DNA of 64,000 nucleotides from Octopus sinensis (Eukaryota), in assembly GCF_006345805.1 (NCBI RefSeq), contig NC_043021.1, positions 26,722,001 to 26,786,000 of the forward strand, written 5' to 3'. The position numbers were made by a program, and so were the translations under genes. Numbering within the stretch: the first letter of the stretch is position 1; each line of letters begins with the position of its first letter. Of this stretch, positions 11,705 to 24,632 are shown piece by piece. The notes beneath the pieces are model-generated. The model did not search any database. It worked only from the letters and a program-made list of their open reading frames with translations, and had not been told where the DNA came from.

Positions 11705-13545
11705 ATCATCCATGTAGAGCAAATGTTTAATTTTTCTCTTCCTATTTCTGAACGGACGCCCTGCCTTTGCCTTCCTTCATACGAAACTAACGAGGAGGAT
11801 CAACCATAAAACAAACATTGAAGGGGTCAACAAGCTTCCTTGAGAAATTCCTCTCTTGGTATCAACTTTCCTAAAGACTGAGTCACCCGAGGAGAGATCT
11901 ACTTTCTATTCCTTCATGCCAAAGCTAATTAATTCTCTTATGCTGTCTGCCATACTGAATACACTCAAAAATTCACTTCTCCATGAATGCGGGGTCATGT
12001 CATAGGTTTGGCTGTGTGGTAAGTAGCTTGCTTACCAACCACATGGTTCCGGGTTCATTCCCACTGCGTGGCATCTTGGGCAAGTGTCTTCTACTATGGC
12101 CTCGGGCCGACCAAAGCCTTGTGAGTGGATTTGGTAGACGGAAACTGAAAGAATCCCGTTCTATATATGTATATATATATATATATGTGTGTATATGTCC
12201 CCCCCCCAACACCGCTTGACAACCGATGCTGGTGTGTTTACGTCCCCGTAACTTAGCGGTTCGGCAAAAGAGTCCGAGAGACTAAGTACTAGTCTTACAA
12301 AGAATAAGTCCTGGGCTCGATTTGCTCGACTAAAGGCGGTGCTCCAGCATGGCCGCAGTCAAATGACTGAAAGAAGTAAAAGAGGTAAAAGAGATATCCA
12401 TGATTTTTCTTTTTAGACCTTACTTTATTTAGAACTGTTTTGTGTGTGTATAATAGATCATGCGTTCCTCTAGCCTTCTTCCTGCAACCTTTCTGTTCTT
12501 CTAACAGTAAATTCTAGTCGTCGAGGTGCTCGTAAATGCTTTCTGGAAGCACTCCTGTTAACAGCCACACTAATGGTAAGCAAGTGATTAGTCTATAATT
12601 GCTAGTTATCTATTTACCCTTGCACTTATCTATTCATAAAGAGTATCGTCCTCCCTCTAGTCATCCAATCTGGTATTATTCCTCCGTTAAGGCAATCCTG
12701 AAGTTGTTCCCTCAGCCTCCCATGTAAATTACTAAATTTCTTTAGCCAGTACCCTTGAAGTAAATCTGGTCCTGGGCCCTTCCAATTCGGCATTTTCCCT
12801 AATACTTTACTCATTAATGCACAAGTTAGTCTTAGATTTGGTTGCTTTTCACTCTCTACTTCTTCCCCCACTTTATTTAACCATACTGCATCTCCATTAT
12901 GATTGACTGGCTTATCCCAAATATTACTCCAGAACTTTCTAGCTTCTTCTGCATTAGGTTTCTCATCTTCACTACTTCGTTCTGCACTATTTATTTGGTT
13001 ATAAAATCTTATCTGATCTGTCTCAAATAATCTATTCTGTTGATACTGATCTATTCTTTTTCTGATATCTAGAGAGCTTGCCTGCTACTTCTATGATATG
13101 CTGTTTCAGCTCTTCTATTACTGTCCAAAACCCTTTCTTTTTGACTAAGTATCTTTTCTTAAGGGAAGATTTACATCTTATGTTTCCTAACTTGTTCAGT
13201 TTCCAGGCTTCTATTCGACCCAAATCTTATCTTAAATTCTCTTTATTTTGTCGTCTCTTTTCCACATTTGCTCTTTTTAATCATTCCCTGTGAGATAGCT
13301 AATCTTCTAGTGACTACTGCCCCTCCTTACAGAGATCAATAAGTTAGTGTCTCCTATATTTTTAGTATCTATCCTATCGATAACATAATCTACTTTCCTA
13401 GTCATTTCTAGCAGCTTCCTTCCTTTTATTGCTGGCAATCTTTTTCTTACTTCTCTACTCATTATTTCCTGCAACTCATCTAAAATCTGATCTTCACTTA
13501 AATCACTTAAGTCGCTGGTGCCAGTCGTCCATTCCGTAATGGTAG
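11705..13545 (-). mobile_element. R4/Dong-like non-LTR retrotransposon, RT region (decayed, interrupted by SINE-A)
   Basis: GPGPDLLQGYWLKK..PDWMTRGRT..NYRLITCLPL..EQKGCRK..YDMTPHSW..KRGISQGSL..HLLYMDD. Confidence 0.85.
12006..12395 (+). mobile_element. Full-length SINE-A
   Basis: tRNA-like head GGCTGTGTGGTAAG..GGTTCATTCCC, central (TA/TG)n, conserved 3' body ending ATGACTGAAAGAAGTAAAAGAG. Confidence 0.9.
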
Positions 13546-13548
13546 CGC

Positions 13549-13549
<1 letters not shown>

Positions 13550-13617
<68 letters not shown>
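13550..13617. repeat. (TAA)n microsatellite between two R4/Dong-like copies
   Basis: Uninterrupted ATT repeat. Confidence 0.95.
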
Positions 13618-13619
<2 letters not shown>

Positions 13620-14395
13620 GAGCTACTTATTTTGGTGGATATGATGGAAAGTGTCAGCTGTCCACAGCCGGCAGACTAAGGTGACACTTGTTTACTAGAC
13701 ATGCTTCAAGAACCCTGCCAAGAATTCTTGCAGTTCCAAGCAATGCTTATTTTTCTAGGTGTTCTACCTTCAAACTTGTACCAATCTTTTTCAGTCATAC
13801 TGATAGTTGAGTGCTGATACTTCCAACTGCACCAATTACTACTGGTATCATGTCTACTCTCCTCATTGACCTCAACCTTCCTATTTCCCACTTCAAATCA
13901 TCATAGTTGTTCAATTTCTCTTCTTCTTTCTCTTTGATCCTGTTGTCATCGGGTCATGCTATGTCGATTATCATGTATGTTCTTTCTTTTTTAATTCACT
14001 TCAACAATGTCCAGTTTCCGATGTCTGCTCGGGTGATCGCACTGGGTCATTGCATCCCACAGGATTTTGCAATTCTCATTTTTGGTTTGCTGATACCACG
14101 TCTTTCCTCTTTGTAGGCCGTGATGTCCACAGAGCTCCCAATGGATCATTCTTGCCACATGGTCATGGCATCTTTTGTTATCACGTTGTGCCAATTTCGG
14201 GCATTTCCTAACGTTGTTCCATACCGTTTCACCCCTCTCACCGCACATTCTGCATTTGTCGCTATAGGAAGTGTAGTCTATTCTGCACTTCAAATAGTTG
14301 ATCCTTAACGCTTGTTCTTGAGCTGCGCATATGAGTGCTTCTGTCTCTGTTTTCAGGCTACTCCTCCTTATCCATAGCCTGAACAAATACTGCAG
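13618..14395 (-). mobile_element. R4/Dong-like LINE 3' fragment (CCHC + restriction-like endonuclease + 3'UTR)
   Basis: ETEALICAAQEQAL..CRMCGERGETV..CPKLAQ..HDHVARMIHW..KILWD..RKLDIV; ends in (TAA)n. Confidence 0.85.
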
Positions 14396-14459
14396 ATTTT
14401 TTTTCCAACGCCGTAATAAATTCTAACTGTTCGCCGCCTTGTCTTGTAATTAATTACCC

Positions 14460-14640
14460 TTTCTACGATAGATATAAAGCCTGAAAAACTGGGGGAGGGG
14501 TAAGTCGATTACCTCGACCCCAGTGCATAACTGGTACTTATTTCATCAACTCTGAAAGGACGAAAGGCAAAGTCGACCTTGATGGAATTTGAACTCAGAA
14601 CGTGAAGACAGACAAAACACCGCTCAGCACATTCTGTTAT
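14460..14640 (-). mobile_element. SINE-C fragment
   Basis: Reverse complement B-box GTTCAAATTCC followed by GGTCGACTTTGCCTTTCGTCC. Confidence 0.7.
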
Positions 14641-14905
14641 CTGGTCTTGTTATTAATGATAATAATTCATAATAATTACGTTAATGGCAGCAATCATAAA
14701 AAAAGCAACAACAACAACAGCATACATAATAACAACAACAAAAAGAAATTAAAAGCAAAATTGAACTCCTGTAAAGAATTTCAAAGCAATTGTTACTTGA
14801 CGGAGAAGGAGAAAGTGTTGTTTAAAAGCAATAACAACGTGAACAGGTGTCATGTTGCGAGGAACAATAAGAACAGCCACAAAAAGTATTGGATTGTAAA
14901 AGGGA

Positions 14906-14942
<37 letters not shown>

Positions 14943-15158
14943 GCAATCGGTGGATAGACAGTTCACCTGTTATTAGCAAGTATTGTATGGAAGAGAATAG
15001 GTGTGGTGAAAGAGTTATGATATAGTGAAGGGGGCTGGGGTGAAGCTTAGCAAGACTTATCGGCTGCTGACACATCAATAAACACCTCCATTGACTCTGT
15101 CAGCTGTTGCTAGTTCGTGTGCCATACAGCAAGAGATATGTTACAACCACATACGCTG

Positions 15159-15211
<53 letters not shown>

Positions 15212-15324
15212 TAATCCAAACAAGAAAACAAAAAGACAACAACGCGAGGATGTGGAATAAATAAAGTATTATTGGACGCTCAGGAAAGAAGGGAAGAAGG
15301 ATGTATATGTACACACTCTCCCTA

Positions 15325-15362
<38 letters not shown>

Positions 15363-15486
15363 CACACACAAACACTCACAGTGATGGCATACATAGATTT
15401 ACATTTATACGGTCAATCAATCGTAAAAGTACTTTTGGTACGATTAAAGTTTTTTCCTAATATTTGTTAATTTAAGGAAGAAGGTC

Positions 15487-15605
15487 CTGTCCCATTAAAA
15501 CTACGTCCCATTAACTTCATGTCTCATTAAAGCCATGTCGCATTAGAACTATCCCATTTAAGTTATATCCTATTAAAACTGTCCCATTAAAGCTATCTTT
15601 ATTAG
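15487..15605. repeat. Degenerate about 16-17-bp minisatellite
   Basis: About 7 units of TCCCATTAAAACTA(TG)-like sequence. Confidence 0.65.
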
Positions 15606-15619
15606 TATTAGAATGTATT

Positions 15620-16005
15620 AGTATGGTCAAAATTTAACCTTACTAATACACTCCCTACTTTTAGGTCACTTTAAATAAAACCCTTGATTCAATAACACTG
15701 TGTATAAACTCTTATACTTGGATTGACCAATTTTAAATGCTATTGGATTTTACTCATAAGGAATTGGAATCTTATATGTATACCATTCTGCCTAAATAAT
15801 GGATCTACAAATGCAATATCCTTGCATATCTCACATCTATTTTCACTCCTCCACCTCACTCTCTATTTCGTATCTTATCTAAATTAACAATTGCTTAACC
15901 ACCTGCTCACACCGTCTCTGATGAAGGGATGTAAAAATATCCTAGAAACAGCTGTAAGACCTTCTATTTATAAATGTTCTAAAATCTACACAGCCTTGAT
16001 TTTTT
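15620..16005 (+). mobile_element. Penelope-like pseudo-LTR remnant
   Basis: AT-rich, carries the hammerhead at 15914-15960; related to 54285-54505. Confidence 0.55.
15914..15960 (+). ncRNA. Minimal type I hammerhead ribozyme motif
   Basis: GTCT-CTGATGA-A-GGGAT gtaaaaat ATCCT-A-GAAA-CAGCT-GTA^-AGAC; intact core, 4-bp stem I, palindromic CAGCTG stem III; predicted cleavage after 15956. Confidence 0.7.
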
Positions 16006-16009
16006 ATCT

Positions 16010-16166
16010 CATGGCTGTGTGGTAGGTAGCTTGTTTACCAACCACATGGTTTCGGGTTCAGTCCCACTGCGTGACACCTTGGGCAAGTGTCTTCTACTTT
16101 AGCCTCGGGCCGACCAAAGCCTTGTGAGTGGATTTGGTAGGCGGAAACTGAAAGAAGCCCGTCGTA

Positions 16167-16212
<46 letters not shown>

Positions 16213-16375
16213 TGTGTGTGTTTGTGTGTCTGTGTTTGTCCCCCTAGCATTGCTTGACAACCGATGCTGGTGTGTTTGTGTCCCCGTTACTTGGCGGTTC
16301 GGCAAAGGAGACCGATAGAATAAGTATATGACCGCAGTCAAATGACTGAAACAAGTAAAAGATAAAAGAGAAAAG
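16010..16375 (+). mobile_element. SINE-A
   Basis: Head, TA tract and 3' body as at 12006. Confidence 0.9.
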
Positions 16376-16376
16376 A

Positions 16377-16416
<40 letters not shown>

Positions 16417-17060
16417 TATATATATTGCCGACGATGAATGTCCAGAATAACACGAGACAAACGTATAAAAAAGTAGCCAAAGGTTTCGCAGATGTTTCCT
16501 AATTTCATAAAAAATTTTGCATCTCAGCTGTTTCAACGGTTAAAGTAGAAACATCATTAATCATATAATTACTTAATTAATATATAAAAATATTTAATTA
16601 GTGGAAAATGCGACAAATCCTTATTCAGAAAATATAATTGAAACATTTAAATCAAAACGGCTTTTTTGTTATAAATATGACATAAAAGAGAGAGAATACA
16701 TGTCTGTGTATATATGTGCATGTCTGTGTGCATTGTATATATATACATAACTTGACATAAACAAACATACCGTATATATACATGTATATATATGTTTTTT
16801 TGTCAAGTTATGTATAAAAACATTTTAACATTAAACTGAAGAGTTACTCCATTCTGTTAAGCAAAGTACGTTTTTGTTCATCTTTCACGTGGATAATGTT
16901 GACAGTGACTTCGCAGTTTCAGCTTGCTTGCTATTCTTAGACTGAAGAAGGCAAGCAAGCCTGGTTGAAAGACGAAGTCTCTCTCCAGATGTACACAGTT
17001 GAGAACGTTCCAATCTCTCTTGCTATACGGTGCGTAATCAGTGCGAATAATCACATGTCG

Positions 17061-17150
<90 letters not shown>

Positions 17151-17556
17151 TTAGCTGTGTGTGTGTATAAATGTTTTGTTTGTATGTGAAGTTATACAAA
17201 AACTATTTAAACTTAAACTGAAGCACCTCTCTTTACTTTTAATAGAGTTTATACTTATTAATTTTTGTAAGAAAAAGTTTGAATAGTGATTTCGAAGTTT
17301 TGATGGCGGCTTCACACACGCACGCGCGAACACACTTGTCCATCTGCTTAAACGGTGGATAAGATTCCGTGAGTGACCGCGCAAATCAAGATCGTGTAAA
17401 GCGAGGCAGAAACTCCTTGACACTATCCCGAAGGACACAGTTGCCATCCGCACATCCAGCAAAAAACCTTGAGAACTGGTTTATGAAGGTTAGCATATCT
17501 CGAACGCCATGTCACCACAGAGCTTGGATGTACCAGTATGCTATCCTGTCCAAGTG

Positions 17557-17885
17557 AAGGCGCATGGCTCAGTGGTTAGAGCGTCGGGCTCACAATCATG
17601 AAGTAGTGAGTTCGATTCCCGGACCGGGTTGTGTGTTGTGTTTTGGGAGCAAGACACTTTATTTCACGTTGATCCAGTTCACTCAGCTGTAGAAGTGAGT
17701 CACTGGTGCCAAGCTGTATCGGCCCCTTTGCCTTTCCTTGGATAACACCAGTCGCGTGGAGAGGGGAGGCTGGTATGCCTGGGTGACTGCTGGTCTTCCA
17801 TAAACAACCTTGCTCGGACTTGTGCCTCGGAGGAGAATTTTCTAGGTACAAATGCATGGTTATTCGTAACCGAAGAGGGTCCTTT
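17557..17885 (+). mobile_element. tRNA-derived SINE (family SINE-D)
   Basis: A-box TGGCTCAGTGG, B-box GTTCGATTCC, GAGCAAGACACTTTATTTCAC core; second copy 44680-45005. Confidence 0.85.
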
Positions 17886-17929
17886 ATCCTGTCCATGATT
17901 TTGTAGTCCCTGTCATTATACGATGTCAG

Positions 17930-19180
17930 CAGTTAAAACCCTGAAGAAGAAGATCAGCAGTCTTTTGAGGGTTGGCTTGGCTTGCCAAGGGACCTAAGCT
18001 GAATCCTCTGCACCGATCTCTCATCACCTTATGACTTCCATTCAGTGACTTCTCATTGGAGTCTGTGGAGTCACGAACAAGAGAAGACAAAGCGCAATGA
18101 TTCTAGGAATTGCAGGAGCTGGTATTGGAGTCTGCAAAGGTTGACAGTGGAGTGTTGCCAGGGAGTTGCAGATGACAGAGGCACAATTAGGGCAGACGAT
18201 TCTTGCTGGTAATATGGCAACTTGCCAGATTGTTTACATTAAAGGAAAGCGGCGACAACAACTCTTCCAAGTGACTGTGCAGATGTAGAGGAATGATAAG
18301 TTGGTAGAATGGCGGAACTCAGCCAACAAGGAAAGGGGACAAGGTGGGCAAATATAGAGAAGCGGAACAGCATTTGATCGGATCTCTGGCAGGTTGATGT
18401 CCAGTGCATCGGATTTCTGATTCAGGCTGTCTACGACACTTTACCAAGTCGCATAAACTTCACATATGAGACAAGGGTGAAGACTGAAAGAGGATCCTTT
18501 CAACGTTTATTTAGCAGCTGCCCCAAAACCGTAACCGATGACTGCTATCGTTGGCGACATGACCAGATATTCAAGGTGGTCTCAGAGGAAATAACAACAG
18601 CCATTAAGTTTGGCAAATACCACGCGAGGAAGGAAATAATCACTTTTCTCAGAGCTCAAGAGTAGCCCAGTTCTGTGAAACACCAACAACTCTGCCTTCT
18701 TTCCACAGCCTTAGACTGGCATCTGAGAGTGGATCTCGTTGATCCACTGAGGACATCATAACAACGGCACTCTTCCCAAACTTCGTGCTCATCTCAAATT
18801 CTACCAAACAGGTGATCATGTTGTTACGTTAAGTTACGCAGAGAGGAACAGGGAAGAACATTCAGAGGAGAGTGAAGAAAGAAAGCTAACCAAATAGTAC
18901 AGTAGTACAAAAAGCAAGGCTGGCGGTTAATTTGCAAGGCAGCTGAAGTGGGTTGCTGTGGTTTTGTGTGGCATTCACTCATCAAGGCACAGAGAAGGCC
19001 ACCCGATGACTTTGGATAGAGAGGAGAAACTGGTGATTTGTTGATACTGGGATTCGAGCTGGGAGTTGATGAAATCCGACAGGGTCAATTGAGTGAAAGC
19101 GACTGATGTCGAAAGATCCAAGATTTTCTAAGATCTCCGAAGCATCACTGATGAGGCAACCTAGAACATCCGTAAGATGT
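17930..19180 (+). mobile_element. HERO/R2-group RLE LINE 3' fragment (decayed)
   Basis: ISDSGCLRHFTK..SSCPKTVTDDCYRWRHDQIFKVVSE..FLRAQE..LLSTALDWHLRVDL..EERKLTK..VEVGCCG; tail ..CATCACTGATGAG. Confidence 0.7.
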
Positions 19181-19526
19181 CTTGGAGCAAATTAGCAAAA
19201 TGCACCAACGAAATTGACCAGTTCAGAACGGCACTGATTTATTTGTACAATATGCAAATTATTCTATCTCGAATCAAAGATCTGTAAATGGGCATTTGAT
19301 GGAGTAAGAGAACCACTAGGCACACCACATCTCCAACAGCAGAGGATTTATATTTCCTCCCTGTCCCAGCTAACTCTATCAGAGGGACGGTGTTAAACAC
19401 ATGCCAATTCTCCACCAATAGATTTTCTTTCGAAAATGGCTGCATCTGTTCTAAATTAATATTTTCAACGCGCAGTCAGTTCCACAGACCATGCTTTATA
19501 GGTATGTATTCTTTTGTTCTTGTATT

Positions 19527-19752
19527 TTTTTTACTTGTTTCAGTCATTTGATTGCGGCCATGCTGGAGCAACGCATTTAGTCGGGCAAGTCGAACCCAGG
19601 ACTTATTCTTTGTAAGCCTAGTACTTATTATATCGGTCTGTTTTGCCGAAACGCTAGACTACGGGGACTTAAACTCACAGGCATCGGTTGTCAAGCGATG
19701 TTGGGGGCACAAACACACACACAAACATACATACATACATACATGCATATAT

Positions 19753-19797
<45 letters not shown>

Positions 19798-19960
19798 GAC
19801 GGGCTTCTTTCAGTTTTCGTCTACTAAATCCACTCTCAAGACTTTGGTCAGCTCGAGGCTATAGCAGGAGACATTTGCCCAAGGTGCCACGCAGTGGGAC
19901 TGAACCCGGAGCCATTTGGTTGGTAAGCAAGCTACTTACCACACAATCACGCCTGCGCCT
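19527..19960 (-). mobile_element. Full-length SINE-A
   Basis: Reverse complement of the 12006 consensus with central CA/TA tract. Confidence 0.9.
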
Positions 19961-20167
19961 ATATATATATATATGTATATATATATATAGTACAAAGTAA
20001 GATAGGGGTTATGAATGTAGCCCACTATGGGATATATATATATATATTTACATACATACATACATACATACATAGACACAGACTCACACACATATACATA
20101 GAATTATATAAATACTTATGTATATGTATGTATGAATATATGTATGTATCTCTCTCATTCTCCCTCT

Positions 20168-20218
<51 letters not shown>

Positions 20219-20307
20219 TTGTGTGTGCGTTTGTGTGTGTGTGTGTGACCATATATCTCAAGAATGTAAGAACTTGATATTTTGGGGCAGCTGCTGTGTG
20301 TGTGTAT

Positions 20308-20351
<44 letters not shown>

Positions 20352-20968
20352 ACTGAGCCCTGTGTAGCCATTGATCACCAGTCACTTGTCCTCATCAGAT
20401 CTCTCTCGATCCGATTCGACTTATTGATTTTATCCCTGCAGTTCTTAACAAACCAGGCAAGCTGTCAGTCAGCAATGAACCGACGGCCCAGTGGAAGGAA
20501 CAGGTGGGGTCCACATGAGCGCAGAATGCACTAAATACGTCCACCTGTTGGGAGATGGGCGGACCCTGCAAAAATGATGAACTCTTGCGGGGTTGGGTGG
20601 AAATGCATTGGAGTGAAACGATAAAGCTTCCCAGACTGGAGACACAAACACACACGCACGCACGCACACACACACACGCACACGCACACACACACAAACA
20701 CGCACGCACACACACACACACACACACACACCACACACACACACAAGGAACAAATGCTCACGCTCATTATATATATATATATTTATCAATATCTATCTAG
20801 CTAGCTAAGTATGTATCCATATCCATCTATTTAACTAGTTAGCTCTCTCTCGCTCTCTTATTCTCTCTCTCTTTTCCTCTCTCTCTCTCCCTTTATGTAT
20901 GTATGTATCTAACTATCTATCTGTCTGTCTGCCTGCCCGCCTGCCTGTCTGTCTGCCTGTCTGTCTGT

Positions 20969-21005
<37 letters not shown>

Positions 21006-21024
21006 TGTCTGTCTGTCTTTCTAT

Positions 21025-21190
21025 CTATCTATCTTACGTCCTCGTAACCTAGCAACTTGGCAAAAAAAGACCGATAGAATAAGTACTAGGCTTACAAAGA
21101 ATAATTCCTGGGGCCGATTTGTTCAACTAACAGTGGTGCTCCAGCATGGCCGCAGTCAAATGACTGAAAGAAGTAAAAGAAAAAAGATGA
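21025..21190 (+). mobile_element. SINE-A 3' half
   Basis: GTAACCTAGCAACTTGGCAAAAAAAGACCGATAGAATAAGTACTAGG..CAGCATGGCCGCAGTCAAATGACTGAAAG. Confidence 0.8.
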
Positions 21191-21206
21191 TTTATTATTA
21201 TTCTTT

Positions 21207-21605
21207 TCTACTCTAGGCACAAGGCCTGAAATTTTGGGGGAGGCGGGGGCCAGTCGATTAGATCGACCTCAGTACGAAACTGGTACAAAATTTATCGAAC
21301 CCGAAACGATAAAAGGCAAAGTCGACCTCGGCGGGATTTGAACTCAGAACGTAAAGATAGACGAATGATCGATGATTTTTATTTGGAATTAAGGTGGCGA
21401 GCTGGCTGAATCGTTAACGTACCGGAAAAAAAGTGTTAGCGGCATTTCTTCTGACTCTTGGTTCTGAGATCAAATGCCGCCGGGGTCGACTTTGTCTTTC
21501 GTCCTCTCGGGGTCGATAAATTAAGTACCAGTTGAGAGCAAGGGTTGATATAATCGACTTTGCCCCTCGCCCGAAATTGCTGGCCTTGTGCCAAAATTTG
21601 AAATC
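21207..21605. mobile_element. Two SINE-C copies in inverted (divergent) orientation
   Basis: 21207-21365 (-) and 21390-21605 (+) share GTCGACTTTGCCTTT/AAAGGCAAAGTCGAC and GGCCTTGTGCC blocks. Confidence 0.75.
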
Positions 21606-21659
21606 ATTATTATTATTATTTGGAATTTCAAAGTTCCACATCAGCGTAAAGACATAAGT

Positions 21660-21800
21660 TTAGTAGTCAAAGAATGTCAAAACTAATTAAAACAACGATA
21701 TTGACAGGCTGGGCCGTCAAAGGTGAGAATGTGCTTATCTTTGGAATTCCAATTATTTTCAAAGGCACCTCATTTAAATATAAAAGGGTTAAAAGTTAGA
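21660..21800 (+). mobile_element. Helitron PIF1-helicase C-terminal remnant
   Basis: LVVKE..TTILTGWAVKGENVLIFGIPIIFKGTSFKYKR resembles RepHel ATILTG.GKGE.VFIPRIP.IP...PF.FKR. Confidence 0.55.
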
Positions 21801-22100
21801 GATGGCAGGGGTTATGGCCAGAGAATTCTTGCCCTTCCCACGACCGGATTGTCTGTCGTCGCAATTTCACGAATCTGAACACGAAATCGCTTCAGTTTCT
21901 CCTCAACGAACCAAACACAAACAACATTGTTTAATATCACGCATTTTTGTGACATTCACTCACAACACACACACACATTCACACACATACGCACGCACAC
22001 ACACACACACACACGTATGTTTATGTATATACATATGCGTATATGAGTGTACATGTACTCACACACGTATGTATATGTATATACATGAGTATGTAAGGGT

Positions 22101-22421
22101 GTGGAGGCGCAATAGCCCGGTGGTTAGGGCAGCGGACTCACGGTGGTAGAATCGCGGTTTCAATTCCTAGACCGGGCGTTGTGAGTGTTTATTGAGTGAA
22201 AACACCTAAATCTCCACGGGGCTCCGGCAGCGGGGTGGGGGTGGTGATCCCTGCTTTACTCTTTCGCCACAACTTTCTTTCACTCTTTCTTCCTGTTTCT
22301 ATCGTACCTGTATTTCAAAGGGGCCAGCCTTGTGTCACACTCTGTGTCACATGGAATCTCCCCGAGAACTACGTTAAGGGTACACGTGTCTGTGGAGTGC
22401 TCAGTCACTGGCACGATAATT

Positions 22422-22427
<6 letters not shown>
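22101..22427 (+). mobile_element. SINE-B
   Basis: Same head and body as 3661. Confidence 0.85.
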
Positions 22428-22458
<31 letters not shown>

Positions 22459-22987
22459 GCACACACACATACGCACACACACACACACACGTATATGTGT
22501 GTATGAATATTTATGTAAGTATGTACGTACGAATGTATGTATGTATGTATAATACACGCGCGTATAAAGTATTTCAACGCTAAATCGAATGAAATTCTCG
22601 AAATAAGCTCCTGCTAGCATATCAGATGTATACACGCGATGAGGTTCGTAAACATCCCGGTATAGCTACGCTTCTGTAACATCATCTTATTGGTAAGGTT
22701 TCCTCATGACGTCGCCTAAACTTCAGGGAGGAAACTTAGAAAGAACTGACCCCCCTCCCACACCACAAATATATTTATATACACACAAACACATTCATAC
22801 GCACGAATACACACACTCCCACTTCCCTCTCTTCACGCACACATATTCATGCGTGTAGCATGTAACATGATGTATAACATGTATGTATCTGTGTTTTGAG
22901 TGTGCGTTTTGAGTGTGTGCGTGTGTGCGTGTGTGTGTGTATGTGCGTGTGTGCGTGGTTCTACGTTATTTGCATGCATATATATAT

Positions 22988-23030
<43 letters not shown>

Positions 23031-23059
23031 GGTCCCGGTTGAGTCGGGGTTAACCACAG

Positions 23060-23090
23060 TAAATAAGGTATATATATATATAATATATAT

Positions 23091-23133
<43 letters not shown>

Positions 23134-23223
23134 ATGTGTATATATATGTGTAAATGTGTGTGTAAATGTATATATATGTGTGTGTATGTGTGTCTATATA
23201 TGTATATATGTATATGTATATAG

Positions 23224-23277
<54 letters not shown>

Positions 23278-23560
23278 TACGCTTGTGTGTTTATGTATAT
23301 GTAGGTATATATGGGTATGTTTATATGTATGTATCCGTCTGTATAATGGGTAACTGCACGTATATATATTTATTATTATTATTTGAGTATGCATGTATGT
23401 ATATATGTATGTGCCTGTATGCATGTATGTATTTATGAACATAAGGAGGCGCGTGTGTGTGTGGATGTGTATGCATATGTATAGACATATGTATACATTT
23501 ATGCATGTATGTACTTATGTGTATATATAGATGCGCGTGTGTGTGTGTGTATGTGTACGC

Positions 23561-23596
<36 letters not shown>

Positions 23597-24283
23597 ATGT
23601 GTATATATGTATGAATGTATATGTGTATGTATATGTATATGTATATATATATGTATATATATATGTATATGTGTATGTATATGTATGTATGTGTATGTAT
23701 GTGTATATGTATATGTGTATATATATTAATTAGTGTATATGTATGGACTAGTCTTCTGTGGGTGTATTGAGGTATGTATGTGTATGCGTGTAGATATGAA
23801 TCAGTAGGTACGTGTACGTATGTGAATATACGTGAATGTATGTAGATGTATGCGTGTATGAATATAACACGTGCGTGTGCGTATGAGTATGTGTGTACGT
23901 GTGAGTGTGTGGGCGTGAGTGAGTGCTTGCGTTCGTATCAGTGAGTAGATAGATAAACGGACTCTTTAGATCATCCCTTGAGACCGGCTGACCGCGATCA
24001 AGATAAAAATAAAGATATAAACAAAAGTAGTAATAATAAAATTAAAATAAGAGAATAAAAATGTGTGTGTATGTGTGTGCATGTATATGCATTTGTATAT
24101 ATGTGTGTATGTATATATATGTGCGAGTGTGTATACATATATGTATATATATGTATGTATATGTGTATTGTGTGTACGTACATGGGTATGTGTATATATT
24201 ATATATATGTATAATATATGTATATGTATATGTAGTATGTATATATATATTATGTATATGTATAGATATATGTGAATATGTGG

Positions 24284-24328
<45 letters not shown>

Positions 24329-24330
24329 GA
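23060..24330. repeat. Compound degenerate (AT/GT)n microsatellite field
   Basis: Nearly continuous alternating purine-pyrimidine sequence over about 1.2 kb. Confidence 0.9.
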
Positions 24331-24546
24331 TGTACAAGTGAGAGTCTCCTTACTTACCTAAAACTCTATTTTTCTATTTATTCTTTTATTCTTTTATTTA
24401 TTCTTTTATCTACTTTACCACCGATTCCTTTGATCACTCCCCTAATAATGACAGTTTTGCGCCATGCCTACCCCCAAAAAAGTCCCCCACCACCACGCAT
24501 TTAAACCTGCCTAAATGTATAAATGCCAAAACAACTCTTGTCTACT

Positions 24547-24597
24547 AGCTTCCTGATGATTTCTTTTGAATGAAACAGTTCTAGTCCTGTAGAAGCT
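24547..24597 (+). ncRNA. Type I hammerhead ribozyme motif with complete stem III, in a Penelope pLTR remnant (about 24350-24615)
   Basis: AGCTTC-CTGATGA-TTTC tttt GAAT-GAAA-CAG ttctagtc CTG-TA^-GAAGCT; stem I 6 bp, stem III 3 bp + loop, U-U mismatch at the base of stem II; followed by AATAAA. Confidence 0.7.
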
Positions 24598-24632
24598 CCT
24601 TCTATATAATAAATATATATATATATATATAT

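Noticed and set aside
15380-15456. Further minus-strand exon candidates (15380-15456, 31907-31940, 42024-42076)
   Set aside because: Weak acceptors or donors, or incompatible phase; could not be placed in the chain with confidence
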